Of a stretch of 53,338 nucleotides of DNA, positions 27,834 through 36,495 are shown piece after piece. The stretch's first letter is position 1. The number at the start of each line of letters is the position of its first letter. The DNA is from a virus (lineage: Duplodnaviria; Caudoviricetes). The notes under the pieces were generated by a model, which saw nothing but the letters and a program-made list of their open reading frames with translations, had not been told where the DNA came from and did no database searches. The translations under genes were made by a program, and so were the position numbers. The stretch is from the IMG/VR virus record IMGVR_UViG_3300043765_000021, positions 1-53,338 of that record. One strand, given 5' to 3'.

Positions 27834-29372
27834 ATGTTACTCGCAGGGAACAACGAAAAGCCGCTTTACGACTACCAGCAGGACGGCATCGACCGATTGC
27901 GGGCATCGCTCGTCGCCGGTCATCGCCGTCCGGTGCTGCAGGCTCCCACGGGGGCCGGTAAGACGCGACTAGCGGCAGAGGTCTTGAAGTTAGCACGAGG
28001 CAAGGACAAGCGGGTCGTCTTCACCATTCCACGCATCGATCTGGTCGATCAGACGTTGCAGGCGTTCTGGGACGAGGGGGTGGACGACATCGGCGTCATC
28101 CAGGCCAACCACCGGGAGACCGATTGGACGCGGCCCGTGCAGATCGCGAGCATTCAGACGCTGCAGAAGCGCGGCAACCCGGAAGCCGATCTGGTGATCG
28201 TCGATGAAGCGCACTTGGCTTTCCAGCACGTCTACGAGTGGATGGCGGATCCGGCCTGGGCGAGGGTGCCGTTCATCGGCCTGACCGCGACCCCGTGGAC
28301 CAAGGGCATGGGCGCCGAGGGGAAATACGATGACCTGATCGTCGTCACCACCACGAAGCAGTTGATCGACGAGGGCCGGCTCTCGGACTTTCGCGTCTTT
28401 GCGCCCAGCCACCCCGATCTGAAGGGCGTCAAGACGCGGATGGGGGATTACGTCGAGAGCCAACTGAGCGAGGTCATGTCGAAGCCGCAGATCGTCGGCG
28501 ATGTGGTCAAGACGTGGCTCGAAAAGGCGGAGCGCCGCCCGACGCTGGTGTTCGGGGTCGACTGCGCCCATGCAAAGCACTTGCAAGCGTGTTTCGAGCA
28601 AGCCGGGGTCAGGTGCGGCTACCAGGACGCCCACACCAGCGTTGCCGACCGCGCCGAGATCCGGCGGCAATTCCACACCGGGCATCTGGAGGTGGTGTGC
28701 AACATCGGCACCTTGACCACCGGGGTCGATTGGGACGTGCGGTGCATCAGTCTCGTGCGGCCGACGAAGAGCGAGATCCTCTACGTGCAGATCATCGGGC
28801 GCGGCCTCAGAACGGCGAAGGGCAAGGACTACTGCCTCATCCTCGACCACAGCAGCACCACGTCCAAGCTGGGGTTCGTCACCGATATCCACCACACCGC
28901 GCTCGACGACGGCAAGGCGACGGTGGAGGAGCGGCAGGCGCCGCAGCCCAAGGAATGCCCGCAATGCCACGGGCTGCGCCCTGCCGGGGTGCGGACCTGC
29001 CCGCATTGCGGCTTTGTCGCCCCGGCCGAGGCGAAGCCCAACAACGTCGAGCACCGCGCCGGCGAGCTTGTGGAGTTCTCGCGCCACGACGGCGGGAGCC
29101 TCAAGCAGTCGGGGAACCGCATCAAGGTCGGGCAGACCGATATCTCGCGGGCCGATCTCTACGGCATGCTGCGGCACTACGCCGAGGCGCACGGCTATGC
29201 GCAGGGCTGGGCGGCGCAGAAGTACCGGCAGGCGACGGGGCATTGGCCGAGCGCCGAGACCAAGTTCGCGGTGATGAAGGCGCCGTGCTGGGAACTCAGC
29301 AACTGGATCCGGTCCCGCCAGATCGCCTACGCGAAGATGCGGGCGAAGTCGGAGGGCAGGACGTGGCGGTAG
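27834..29372 (+). CDS. SF2 DEAH helicase (RadD/YejH-like) with zinc ribbon
   Basis: APTGAGKT, DEAH, TATP, Q.IGRGLR, CPQC...CPHCG. Confidence 0.92.
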   Translation: MLLAGNNEKPLYDYQQDGIDRLRASLVAGHRRPVLQAPTGAGKTRLAAEVLKLARGKDKRVVFTIPRIDLVDQTLQAFWDEGVDDIGVIQANHRETDWTRPVQIASIQTLQKRGNPEADLVIVDEAHLAFQHVYEWMADPAWARVPFIGLTATPWTKGMGAEGKYDDLIVVTTTKQLIDEGRLSDFRVFAPSHPDLKGVKTRMGDYVESQLSEVMSKPQIVGDVVKTWLEKAERRPTLVFGVDCAHAKHLQACFEQAGVRCGYQDAHTSVADRAEIRRQFHTGHLEVVCNIGTLTTGVDWDVRCISLVRPTKSEILYVQIIGRGLRTAKGKDYCLILDHSSTTSKLGFVTDIHHTALDDGKATVEERQAPQPKECPQCHGLRPAGVRTCPHCGFVAPAEAKPNNVEHRAGELVEFSRHDGGSLKQSGNRIKVGQTDISRADLYGMLRHYAEAHGYAQGWAAQKYRQATGHWPSAETKFAVMKAPCWELSNWIRSRQIAYAKMRAKSEGRTWR

Positions 29373-29502
29373 CGGCCCCGTCCGGTGGCGCGTGGTGAGC
29401 GAAGCGGGGGTCGGACGGGCCGACATGGCCGAACGGAGCTTCCCGCGCTCTACGGTGCCTCTACGGGTTTTGGACGGCATCGGTGCATTAAGGGGGTAAT
29501 CG

Positions 29503-29724
29503 ATGGATCAGATATTCGTCTGGCAGGAGTTGAGCTCCGAGGATAACCGATGGGGCACGATCGGGACATATGTTCCGGCGATGGGCGCGATCACCTTGCT
29601 GCAAGGCCGCAGCGAGGAGGTGGCGTGGAAGCTCGAGCCGCTCGCCACGGCCCACGCCAGGAGCGCCGGCAACCCGATCCGCCTCGCCCAGTACAACCTG
29701 GCGAAGGTGATCACCCGTGAGTGA
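29503..29724 (+). CDS. Hypothetical protein
   Basis: AAGGGGG RBS; overlaps primase start. Confidence 0.6.
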   Translation: MDQIFVWQELSSEDNRWGTIGTYVPAMGAITLLQGRSEEVAWKLEPLATAHARSAGNPIRLAQYNLAKVITRE

Positions 29725-30676
29725 TCACCACGGGGTCACGCTGGCGGAGCGCGCACGCGGGAAGTGGCGATCGATCCTTCCGGCGGTTGGCATAGGTCCG
29801 TCTTTCCTTACAGGAAAGAACGGACCATGCCCGGTATGCGGCGGCAAGGACCGTTGGCGGTTCATCAACCGCAACGGCACCGGCGACTGGTTCTGCAATG
29901 TGTGCGACCCGCAGCACGGCTCCGGCGTCCAGCTGGTGATGGCGTTCCATAAAATCGATTTCGCCCAGGCGGCGACTAAGATCGAGCAACTGATCGGGGA
30001 GGCGCCGGTGGAGCGCGACAAGCCGAAAGCCGACAGCGCCTGGGTTCGCACGATGATGCGCGATCTGTGGCAACGAGCGGCGCCGATCGAGCCGGGGGAT
30101 CCGGCCGAGCGCTATCTGGTGAGCCGCGGCCTCTCGCCCGCCGGCGATTTCTGGTCATCCTCGCTGCGCTACATCGAGGATTGCCCCTACGACAAGGAGA
30201 CGCGATTGCCGGCGATGATCGCCAAGGTCGTCGCGCCGGACGGCAAGCCGGTCAACATCCACCGCACCTTCATCACCCTGCAAGGCCGCAAGACCGAGCG
30301 CGAGCCGGCGAAGAAGCTGATGCGCGGCACCTGTCCTCCAGGCTCCGCGATACGGTTGGGCCCGCGCGTCGGGACGCTGGGCATCGCCGAGGGCATCGAG
30401 AATGCGCTTGCAGCGCAGCTACTCTTCCGGGTTCCGGTGTGGTCGGTGATTTCGGCGCAGGGCATGGAGCGCTTTCAGAAGCCCGAGGGTCTGCGGCGGC
30501 TCATCATCTTTGGCGACAACGACCGCTCGTTCACCGGCCAGGCCGCAGCCTACGCGCTGGCAAAGCGCGCGCGGCTGCAATGGGAGATCGAGGCCGACGT
30601 TCGGATCCCGACCCATCCCGGCACCGACTGGAACGACCAATTCCACGTGGAACCGGAAATGAGGTTTGGCGAGTGA
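29717..30676 (+). CDS. DNA primase (P4-alpha-type zinc ribbon + TOPRIM)
   Basis: GPCPVCGGKDRWRF...WFCNVC, IHRT, AEGIE.AL, GDND, DWND. Confidence 0.9.
   Translation: MSDHHGVTLAERARGKWRSILPAVGIGPSFLTGKNGPCPVCGGKDRWRFINRNGTGDWFCNVCDPQHGSGVQLVMAFHKIDFAQAATKIEQLIGEAPVERDKPKADSAWVRTMMRDLWQRAAPIEPGDPAERYLVSRGLSPAGDFWSSSLRYIEDCPYDKETRLPAMIAKVVAPDGKPVNIHRTFITLQGRKTEREPAKKLMRGTCPPGSAIRLGPRVGTLGIAEGIENALAAQLLFRVPVWSVISAQGMERFQKPEGLRRLIIFGDNDRSFTGQAAAYALAKRARLQWEIEADVRIPTHPGTDWNDQFHVEPEMRFGE
30641..30652. promoter_or_regulatory. TTCCACGTGGAA palindrome (parS-like site 4)
   Basis: In the primase 3' end, about 20 bp upstream of the gcrA start. Confidence 0.7.
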
Positions 30677-31086
30677 GCGAGGAGTTCTGGACGCAGGAGC
30701 GCGTGGATCTGATGCTCGTGCTGTGGAATGCCGACCAACTGAGCACCGAGGAGATCGGCAAGCTCCTGGGATGCTCCAAGAACGCGGTCATCGGCAAGGC
30801 CAGGCGCCTGGGCGCGACCTGGCGTGGCCCGGTGGCGGAACCCCAGTCGGAAGCTCGGCCGCTCCCGCTGTGGGTCCAAGGCATCATCGCCGGCGGTTGC
30901 CGCTTCCCCGACGGCGATCTGCGCCAAGGGACTTTATCCTTTTGCTGCAAGCCGGTGTACCAACTGGGGGCACCCTACTGCGAAGAACACCATGCACGTT
31001 GCTGGATGCCGCTGCGCTCGGCGAAGACGGCGAAGTTCATCCGGTTCGTTCATGCCGGTCTGCCCAGGAGGATCCTCAATGCCTGA
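30673..31086 (+). CDS. gcrA: GcrA-family cell-cycle transcriptional regulator
   Basis: WTQERV..M..LW....S..EI...LG.SKNAVIGKARRLG and C-terminal CRFPDGD....FC..P....PYC.EH; GTG start overlapping the primase stop. Confidence 0.85.
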   Translation: MSEEFWTQERVDLMLVLWNADQLSTEEIGKLLGCSKNAVIGKARRLGATWRGPVAEPQSEARPLPLWVQGIIAGGCRFPDGDLRQGTLSFCCKPVYQLGAPYCEEHHARCWMPLRSAKTAKFIRFVHAGLPRRILNA

Positions 31087-31309
31087 GATACCCATGCCGA
31101 AGCGCCTGTGGACACCCGCCGAGATCATGCATCTGCGATGGTACGCCGAGCGCGGGTTCAGCCACGCCGAGGCCGCGGCGGTGATGGGCCGGACCCACGC
31201 CAGCGTGGCGATCAAGGCATCGAAACTGGGGATCAAGTTCGACGGGCCGGACGGGGCGCCGTTCCTCAATCGCAACAGTGCCAAACCACATAGTTCCGCC
31301 GTATATTGA
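31079..31309 (+). CDS. Small HTH protein (GcrA N-terminal/Myb-like)
   Basis: WT..E...L......S..E.A..MGRT..SV..KA.KLG. Confidence 0.65.
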   Translation: MPEIPMPKRLWTPAEIMHLRWYAERGFSHAEAAAVMGRTHASVAIKASKLGIKFDGPDGAPFLNRNSAKPHSSAVY

Positions 31310-31571
31310 TCTGGGCGCGATGGTGGGGAGAAAGAGGATGGGGCTCCTCGACGCAGAGACGATGGCGGCGGTCATCGATTGCCGGGACAACCCGTCGCCG
31401 GTGCCGTTCAAGGCCGGAGCGCTGCCGGACAAGGGCGCCGACAACCCGTGGCGCCGTCTGCCCCAGGCTGATCTCGAGGCGATTGCCCAGATGACCGGGA
31501 TGACCCGCATCGAGATCCTGCGCAAGGCGGTGAAGCATCTTCGCCGCGATCTTGAGGAGGGCCGGCTATGA
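31278..31571 (+). CDS. Hypothetical protein
   Basis: Packed operon. Confidence 0.5.
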   Translation: MPNHIVPPYIDLGAMVGRKRMGLLDAETMAAVIDCRDNPSPVPFKAGALPDKGADNPWRRLPQADLEAIAQMTGMTRIEILRKAVKHLRRDLEEGRL

Positions 31572-31804
31572 GCAGGAAATCCGAGCGCAAGAAGAAGCTG
31601 AAGTTCATCTACGACACGACCGCGATCGAGGCGCTGGACGAGGAGCCGATCGCCAAGAACCGCCGCTACATCGCCGGTCAGTGCGGTGTCGGCGCGGCCT
31701 GGGCGGTGCTCGACCGTTTCGAGTTCCGCTTCTTGAGCGAAGCCGAGATCGACGCGCTGCCGATGACCTCGTTAACGCAGGAGATCCCCGCATGGGTGCA
31801 GTGA
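31568..31804 (+). CDS. Hypothetical protein
   Basis: GAGGAGG RBS, ATGA overlap. Confidence 0.6.
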   Translation: MSRKSERKKKLKFIYDTTAIEALDEEPIAKNRRYIAGQCGVGAAWAVLDRFEFRFLSEAEIDALPMTSLTQEIPAWVQ

Positions 31805-32064
31805 GGAAGCTTGTCATCCTGGGCATTGTCGCCGGTCTGGCGGGGTGCGCGGCCCCGGCGCCCGCACCGCCGCCCCTGCCACCGCCTCCCCCTCCGATTG
31901 CGGGACCGCCGCCCCCGCCGCCGGTTGCCTACATACCGCCCCCGCGCGTGGTGGTGGTTCACCACAGGCGGGTCCACCGGCACAACGTCCGCTGGGGGCG
32001 GATGTACTACTACCACAACCGCTGGCACCGCCACCCGTGGTCGCATTGGCACCACATGCGCTAA
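31801..32064 (+). CDS. Pro-rich, His/Trp-rich lipoprotein
   Basis: GTG start; MRKLVILGIVAGLAGC lipobox, poly-Pro linker, HHRRVHRH...WHRHPWSHWHH tail. Confidence 0.7.
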   Translation: MRKLVILGIVAGLAGCAAPAPAPPPLPPPPPPIAGPPPPPPVAYIPPPRVVVVHHRRVHRHNVRWGRMYYYHNRWHRHPWSHWHHMR

Positions 32065-32078
32065 GAGGAGACTGATCG

Positions 32079-32234
32079 GTGTTCTGGAACCTCTTCCTCT
32101 TGGTCGTCGCCTTTGTCCTGGCGGTGATCGAGGCGTTTGTCGGCTACGCCGGCATCCCCCAGATCGAGCGGGTGAAGTTCGGCTGGCTGGCGCTCGCCTT
32201 CTACTTCCTCTCGATCATCGTCGGGGGCCGCTAG
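32079..32234 (+). CDS. Small two-TM membrane protein
   Basis: GAGGAG RBS; MFWNLFLLVVAFVLAVIEAF...FGWLALAFYFLSIIVGGR; missed by the ORF track. Confidence 0.6.
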   Translation: MFWNLFLLVVAFVLAVIEAFVGYAGIPQIERVKFGWLALAFYFLSIIVGGR

Positions 32235-32268
32235 TGAAACGCTGGCGGCGAAACCCGGAGGAGGCCGC

Positions 32269-33198
32269 ATGAAGCACACCATTCGGATAATATCCGTTAG
32301 TGGTGGGAAGGATAGTACCGCCTGCGCCCTGTTGGCGCTTGAAAGGCATCCGCAGGACGAAATCCGACTGATTTTCGCTGACACATCAAACGAACATGAA
32401 CTCACCATCGATTATGTCACCAATGTACTACCCCGCCAGCTGGGACACCCGATCATCGTCTTGAAAGCCGATTTCACCGAAGATCTGGCGCGAAAACGCC
32501 GGTTCATCCTGGAAAAATGGCCCGAACAGGGGATCGACCCCGAGATTTGCCAGCGCGCGGCGGCGATTTTGGAGCCCACCGGCATCGCTTACCTCGATTT
32601 GTGCTTGTGGAAGGGCCGTTTCCCCTCCAGAAAAGCCCAGTTCTGCACCCAATTCCTCAAAAGGCATCCCCTTGACAATTACACGTTGGATCAGATGGGT
32701 CCTGGGCGCAAGGTCGAGGTCTGGCAGGGCGTCAGACGCGACGAAAGCCAAAGCCGCGCCCACCTTCCAGAGTACGAGGATGCCGCGGAAGGCTTCGTTA
32801 TTTACCGCCCGATCCTCGACTGGACGGCACAACAGAGTGTGGATTACGTCCGAAGCCGAGGGGTCGAACTCAACCCTTTATACAAAAAAGGTTTTGCGAG
32901 AGTAGGCTGCGCGCCGTGCATCAACAGCGGCAAAGAGGACGTCAACCAGTGGGCGCGGACATTCCCCGAAATGATCGAGAAGATCGCTGAGTGGGAGCGG
33001 CTCGTCGGGCTTGCGTCGAAGCGCGGCGAGAGTTCGTTTTTCCCGGCCCCCGACGCCGAGGGTAGAGGCGAGCGCCAGGGCCGCAACATCCGCGAATTTG
33101 TCGAGTGGGCAAAGACCTCGCACGGCGGCTATCAATATGCGCTCCATGCTTTTATGCCGTCGCCGACCTGTTCCAGCGTCTACGGGTTGTGCGAGTAG
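32269..33198 (+). CDS. PAPS-reductase-family (PP-loop) protein
   Basis: SVSGGKDSTA, FADT, FCT..LK, GVRRDES..R, PILDW, NPLY..GF.RVGC.PCI. Confidence 0.9.
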   Translation: MKHTIRIISVSGGKDSTACALLALERHPQDEIRLIFADTSNEHELTIDYVTNVLPRQLGHPIIVLKADFTEDLARKRRFILEKWPEQGIDPEICQRAAAILEPTGIAYLDLCLWKGRFPSRKAQFCTQFLKRHPLDNYTLDQMGPGRKVEVWQGVRRDESQSRAHLPEYEDAAEGFVIYRPILDWTAQQSVDYVRSRGVELNPLYKKGFARVGCAPCINSGKEDVNQWARTFPEMIEKIAEWERLVGLASKRGESSFFPAPDAEGRGERQGRNIREFVEWAKTSHGGYQYALHAFMPSPTCSSVYGLCE

Positions 33199-33209
33199 TG
33201 GAACGGGTA

Positions 33210-33887
33210 ATGGAGTACCCTTCCACGGCTCTTGAACGGCTTAAGTCTTTGCGCCATATGTCAACCACCCCCGGGCCGGTTTTTCAACCCCCCAGGAACG
33301 AACTACCGGCCAGCCCCGGCTCTGCATCCCCCGAAGAGCCGGGGCTTTCATTTGACTGGGCGCGCGATCTGACGCTGGAGGAATACCGCTACGGCGTCGA
33401 GCTTGGCACGTTTCGCAACGAGGAGGATTACCGGCTGGGCCGCCACCACCGTTGGGGTCTCCAATGCACCAAGGAACAGGCGACCCGGATGCACATCAAC
33501 GGCGCCCTGGCGGAGATCGGCGGGGCGGCGATCCTCAAGTTGACTTTTAGGTCAACCCAACTGCGCGAGCCCGACCTGCCGTGCAAGATCCAGGTGCGGG
33601 CGATCTCGACGATCACCCACTCGCTGTTGCTGCACCCGGACGACCCCGACCTCGAGCGCTTCATCCTCGTCTACAGGAAGGAGAAGTCCCGGCGCTGCGA
33701 GCTCTTGCGCTGGACGGTCGCCGGCGATGTGAAATTGCGCCGCTACTGGAAAGACCCCAAAGGTGGCCGACCGGCGTTCTTTGTCCCGCAGAGCGCGCTG
33801 GTGCGGCCGCGCGAGGAACTTCTGTGGCTTTTACGGGTCGAAGGCGCTTGGCGAGGTCGAGCGGAAAAGTGTAATGAGAAACCGTAA
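33210..33887 (+). CDS. Hypothetical protein, possible PD-(D/E)XK-like fold
   Basis: GALAE...PDL...IQVR...FFVPQ..L pattern; start uncertain. Confidence 0.5.
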   Translation: MEYPSTALERLKSLRHMSTTPGPVFQPPRNELPASPGSASPEEPGLSFDWARDLTLEEYRYGVELGTFRNEEDYRLGRHHRWGLQCTKEQATRMHINGALAEIGGAAILKLTFRSTQLREPDLPCKIQVRAISTITHSLLLHPDDPDLERFILVYRKEKSRRCELLRWTVAGDVKLRRYWKDPKGGRPAFFVPQSALVRPREELLWLLRVEGAWRGRAEKCNEKP

Positions 33888-33930
33888 AATATCGCGCCGC
33901 CGTGTAAAATCTTAACCTGTAGGAGGTCGC

Positions 33931-34590
33931 ATGCCGGTTCTCGACGCTACATTTGTAGGCAAGCTGTATCTGCCCGAGGTCGGGGGCGGTCCGATCATCC
34001 CGCCAGGCCAGCCGGTCGAGCCGCCGCTGGGCATCTGGGGTCCGCCGGGGCCGTGGCCGACGCCGCCGATCTACATCCCGGTGCCGCCGCCAGATGAAAA
34101 GCCACCGGAGGGAGGAGCCCCGCCAGGCGAGCCGGCACACCCGATATACATCCCCGTCTATCCGGCCCATCCGATCATCATTCCGCTGCCGCCGGATCCC
34201 GGCGAAGAGCCCGATCCACCCTATGTGTGGCCTCCGCAGATCTGGGGTGGCCCGATCATCCCACCCGAAGGCAAGCCCCCGGGGACACCCTCGCATCCTT
34301 GGGTGCCGCCTAGTAGTGGTGCTCATCCAGAACATCCGATCTACATCCCGGCACCTCCAGGCCAGGGTGGGACACCGGAGCACCCAATCTACCTGCCGGT
34401 CTATCCGACGCACCCGATCGTGCTGCCGCCCGAGGGCGAGCATCCCAAGCCGCCGCCGGATATGATCAACCCGCCGGAGGGTGCGCGTGGGTTCTGGGCG
34501 TACTCGGTCTATTACGACTGCTGGGTCTTTGTGCCCTATGAGGGCAGTGGGCTCGGACCGACGCCTCCTGGCGGTGCCGGTCGCCGGTAA
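33931..34590 (+). CDS. Proline-rich repeat protein (PxHPIYxP repeats)
   Basis: AGGAGG RBS, AT-rich upstream gap, repeated HPIYIP/GGPIIPP units. Confidence 0.8.
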   Translation: MPVLDATFVGKLYLPEVGGGPIIPPGQPVEPPLGIWGPPGPWPTPPIYIPVPPPDEKPPEGGAPPGEPAHPIYIPVYPAHPIIIPLPPDPGEEPDPPYVWPPQIWGGPIIPPEGKPPGTPSHPWVPPSSGAHPEHPIYIPAPPGQGGTPEHPIYLPVYPTHPIVLPPEGEHPKPPPDMINPPEGARGFWAYSVYYDCWVFVPYEGSGLGPTPPGGAGRR

Positions 34591-34656
34591 GAGTTCGGTC
34601 ACATTTTCCTGGCAGGGTTGGGGCGGGTCGTTCTAAGACGTCCCTCCCTAACTCTT

Positions 34657-34683
34657 AGGGCCGCATCGCTGCGGCCCTTTTTT
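34657..34683 (+). terminator. Rho-independent terminator
   Basis: AGGGCCGCA-TCGC-TGCGGCCCT followed by a T run. Confidence 0.85.
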
Positions 34684-34695
34684 GTTCGGCTTGTC

Positions 34696-34865
34696 GTCAG
34701 GTGCTTTAGGTGGTTTAGGTGCCGGTCGCGAGAGGGAAAGGAACATTGGAAAGCCTCTCCACCGGCTGACGGGGTTATTCGGCAGCGCGCCCTCGTTCCC
34801 AAAAGCGCCGAATGCCCAGGACACTGGCCGTCTGGTCCTGGCGGAGGTATGCCAGACCCTCCGCT
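34696..34865. ncRNA. Candidate structured RNA/multi-hairpin element in the convergent intergenic gap
   Basis: Four back-to-back stems: 34721-34766, 34777-34813, 34816-34841, 34841-34864. Confidence 0.3.
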
Positions 34866-34961
34866 AACCGCTTTATCGTCCTAACCTGCTCAGAGCATAG
34901 CCCAGGCTGAAGCACAGCCCCAGGAACAAGAGGTAGACCGTCCAGGGATCGCTGATGTGCA

Positions 34962-35261
34962 TCAAATTCGCGTCCACTTGCGCTGGTAGCCTAGCGCAAA
35001 CCCCACCCAGGTCATGGTGAAATTCTGCGGTCGTATCGTCTTCCCCCCGAGCCAGTTGGCAATGGTGCTGGGCGAGACGGCGTAGACCCCTTTCGTCGCC
35101 TTGTACGTCTCCTCGACGATCTGCGGGATCGACATGCCCGACTTGTCGATGAGATCACAAAGCTCTTCCATCGCCGGATCGCGATCTTGAAACCGGTAGC
35201 CCCGGTCGCGGTTGAGGTAGACGACGTTCTTGGCCTTGATGGCCTTGGTGGTTTTGGTCAT
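34962..35261 (-). CDS. XRE-like HTH protein
   Basis: SGMSI.QI......VSPSTIANWL.GKT.RPQ..T......ALG. Confidence 0.65.
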   Translation of the reverse strand: MTKTTKAIKAKNVVYLNRDRGYRFQDRDPAMEELCDLIDKSGMSIPQIVEETYKATKGVYAVSPSTIANWLGGKTIRPQNFTMTWVGFALGYQRKWTRI

Positions 35262-35284
35262 TCCATGCTCCCTTGGGGTTCCTC

Positions 35285-35413
35285 CTAGTGCTGCGCCACG
35301 CACGAACCGATCAACGCCAGGACGACCAGCATCATCATGCAGCCGAACAGTCGCGTGTTGAGCAATGCGATCACCGCGTAGGCGATGAGGATGCCGCCAG
35401 CGATATGCAGCAT
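35285..35413 (-). CDS. Small membrane protein
   Basis: MLHIAGGILIAYAVIALL...; coupled to the upstream stop. Confidence 0.5.
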   Translation of the reverse strand: MLHIAGGILIAYAVIALLNTRLFGCMMMLVVLALIGSCVAQH

Positions 35414-35754
35414 CAGACGCTTTCCAGCCGCTTGTGCTTCTCGTAGATCTGGCGGACGCGCTCTTTCGAGACGCCGAAGCGGTTTCCGATCTGCTGCAGG
35501 CTCTCGCCTTCCTCGCGCAGCTGCACCATCGCCTGTTGCCGCTTGCTGAGCGGCCTGGGGCTAAGCCGCCGGGGGCCGCGCCCGTGACCCGCCTTGTCGA
35601 CGCCGGCTCGCCTGGCGATGCGCTCGATGGTGTAGCGCGACATGCCGTATTTCGCGGCCAGATCGGGCACCGTCCAGTCGCCGGTCATGTCGGCCAGGAT
35701 GGCCGCGCGCCTCCTGGCGCGGGCCTCCCGGTTCATCTTGGGTTCGGGGTTCAT
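35413..35754 (-). CDS. Double-HTH protein with sigma-70 region-4-like C-terminus
   Basis: TV.DLAAKYGMSRYTI and SLQQIG.RFGVSKERVRQI; GGAGG RBS. Confidence 0.75.
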   Translation of the reverse strand: MNPEPKMNREARARRRAAILADMTGDWTVPDLAAKYGMSRYTIERIARRAGVDKAGHGRGPRRLSPRPLSKRQQAMVQLREEGESLQQIGNRFGVSKERVRQIYEKHKRLESV

Positions 35755-36107
35755 TGCGCCGCCACCTCCTTCAAGACGTGCCACAGCACGAGATCGTCGG
35801 CGGTCTCGTTGCAGCGCTTGGCGCTGAGTTTCTTGTCGAGCAAACGCGGGATGTTCTGCCGTAGCTCGCGCTCGACGCTGAGCATCAACCGCCGCCGCCC
35901 ATCAGGATGGATCTCGGCTACCGCCGCGCGGGCGTGCTCGACCACGTGGCGTTCGATGCGCAGCACGAAATCACCGTAAAGGATGTTGACGGCGTTGTCG
36001 TCGGCGAGCCTTCGCGCCACTTCGTCGGGCTGCAGTCCGGTGTCGTTGCGCTTCGTCTCGCCTACTGCGCGACGGATTTTGTCGAAGGAAAACTCGCTGT
36101 CGCTCAT
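35751..36107 (-). CDS. Hypothetical protein
   Basis: GGAGGAG RBS, ATGA overlaps. Confidence 0.65.
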   Translation of the reverse strand: MSDSEFSFDKIRRAVGETKRNDTGLQPDEVARRLADDNAVNILYGDFVLRIERHVVEHARAAVAEIHPDGRRRLMLSVERELRQNIPRLLDKKLSAKRCNETADDLVLWHVLKEVAAQ

Positions 36108-36310
36108 AGCTCCTCCGTCCATGCCATGTCGCCGTTGGCGTCCTCGATGGCGCGCTTCAATTCGCGCACCATCAACGGGAAGCCGATGTCAGCGAGGATC
36201 AGATGCACCGTGCCGGTGCCGTGCGTCGTCTTGTTGACTTCGCCGCCGCGTATGAGGATGCGGAAATCCTCCTCGTCCAGGCGCACGAAGTGGTTGCGAT
36301 AGGAAGTCAT
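36104..36310 (-). CDS. Hypothetical protein
   Basis: ATGA overlaps. Confidence 0.6.
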   Translation of the reverse strand: MTSYRNHFVRLDEEDFRILIRGGEVNKTTHGTGTVHLILADIGFPLMVRELKRAIEDANGDMAWTEEL

Positions 36311-36495
36311 AGCTTTTCATGCTCCAAGATCTGGATGTCGATCCACTGCTGCGCCTCGTCGGTCGTCTTGAGAAACGGGGTGACGGTCGCGGGCTTCTGG
36401 TAGTAGCCGACGACGCCGAAGAGGTAGGTCTGTTTGCCCTGGACGCGGCGCTGCGTGTAGAAGGGGACGATTTGATGCTCCTTGTACTCCAGCAT
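36307..36495 (-). CDS. Hypothetical protein
   Basis: GGGAGG RBS, coupled. Confidence 0.6.
   Translation of the reverse strand: MLEYKEHQIVPFYTQRRVQGKQTYLFGVVGYYQKPATVTPFLKTTDEAQQWIDIQILEHEKL

Noticed and set aside
19596-29480. Long minus-strand ORFs 19596-21440 and 27990-29480
   Set aside because: Shadow frames of the gp3-like and helicase genes, expected at this GC content.
30067-30672. N-terminal extension of the 339-aa ORF containing GcrA
   Set aside because: Overlaps the primase in another frame; GcrA similarity starts at the GTG at 30673.
32269-33198. Sulfate-assimilation cysH auxiliary metabolic gene or a full Dnd phosphorothioation system
   Set aside because: Only the family-level PP-loop motifs are visible; no other cys or dnd genes are present.
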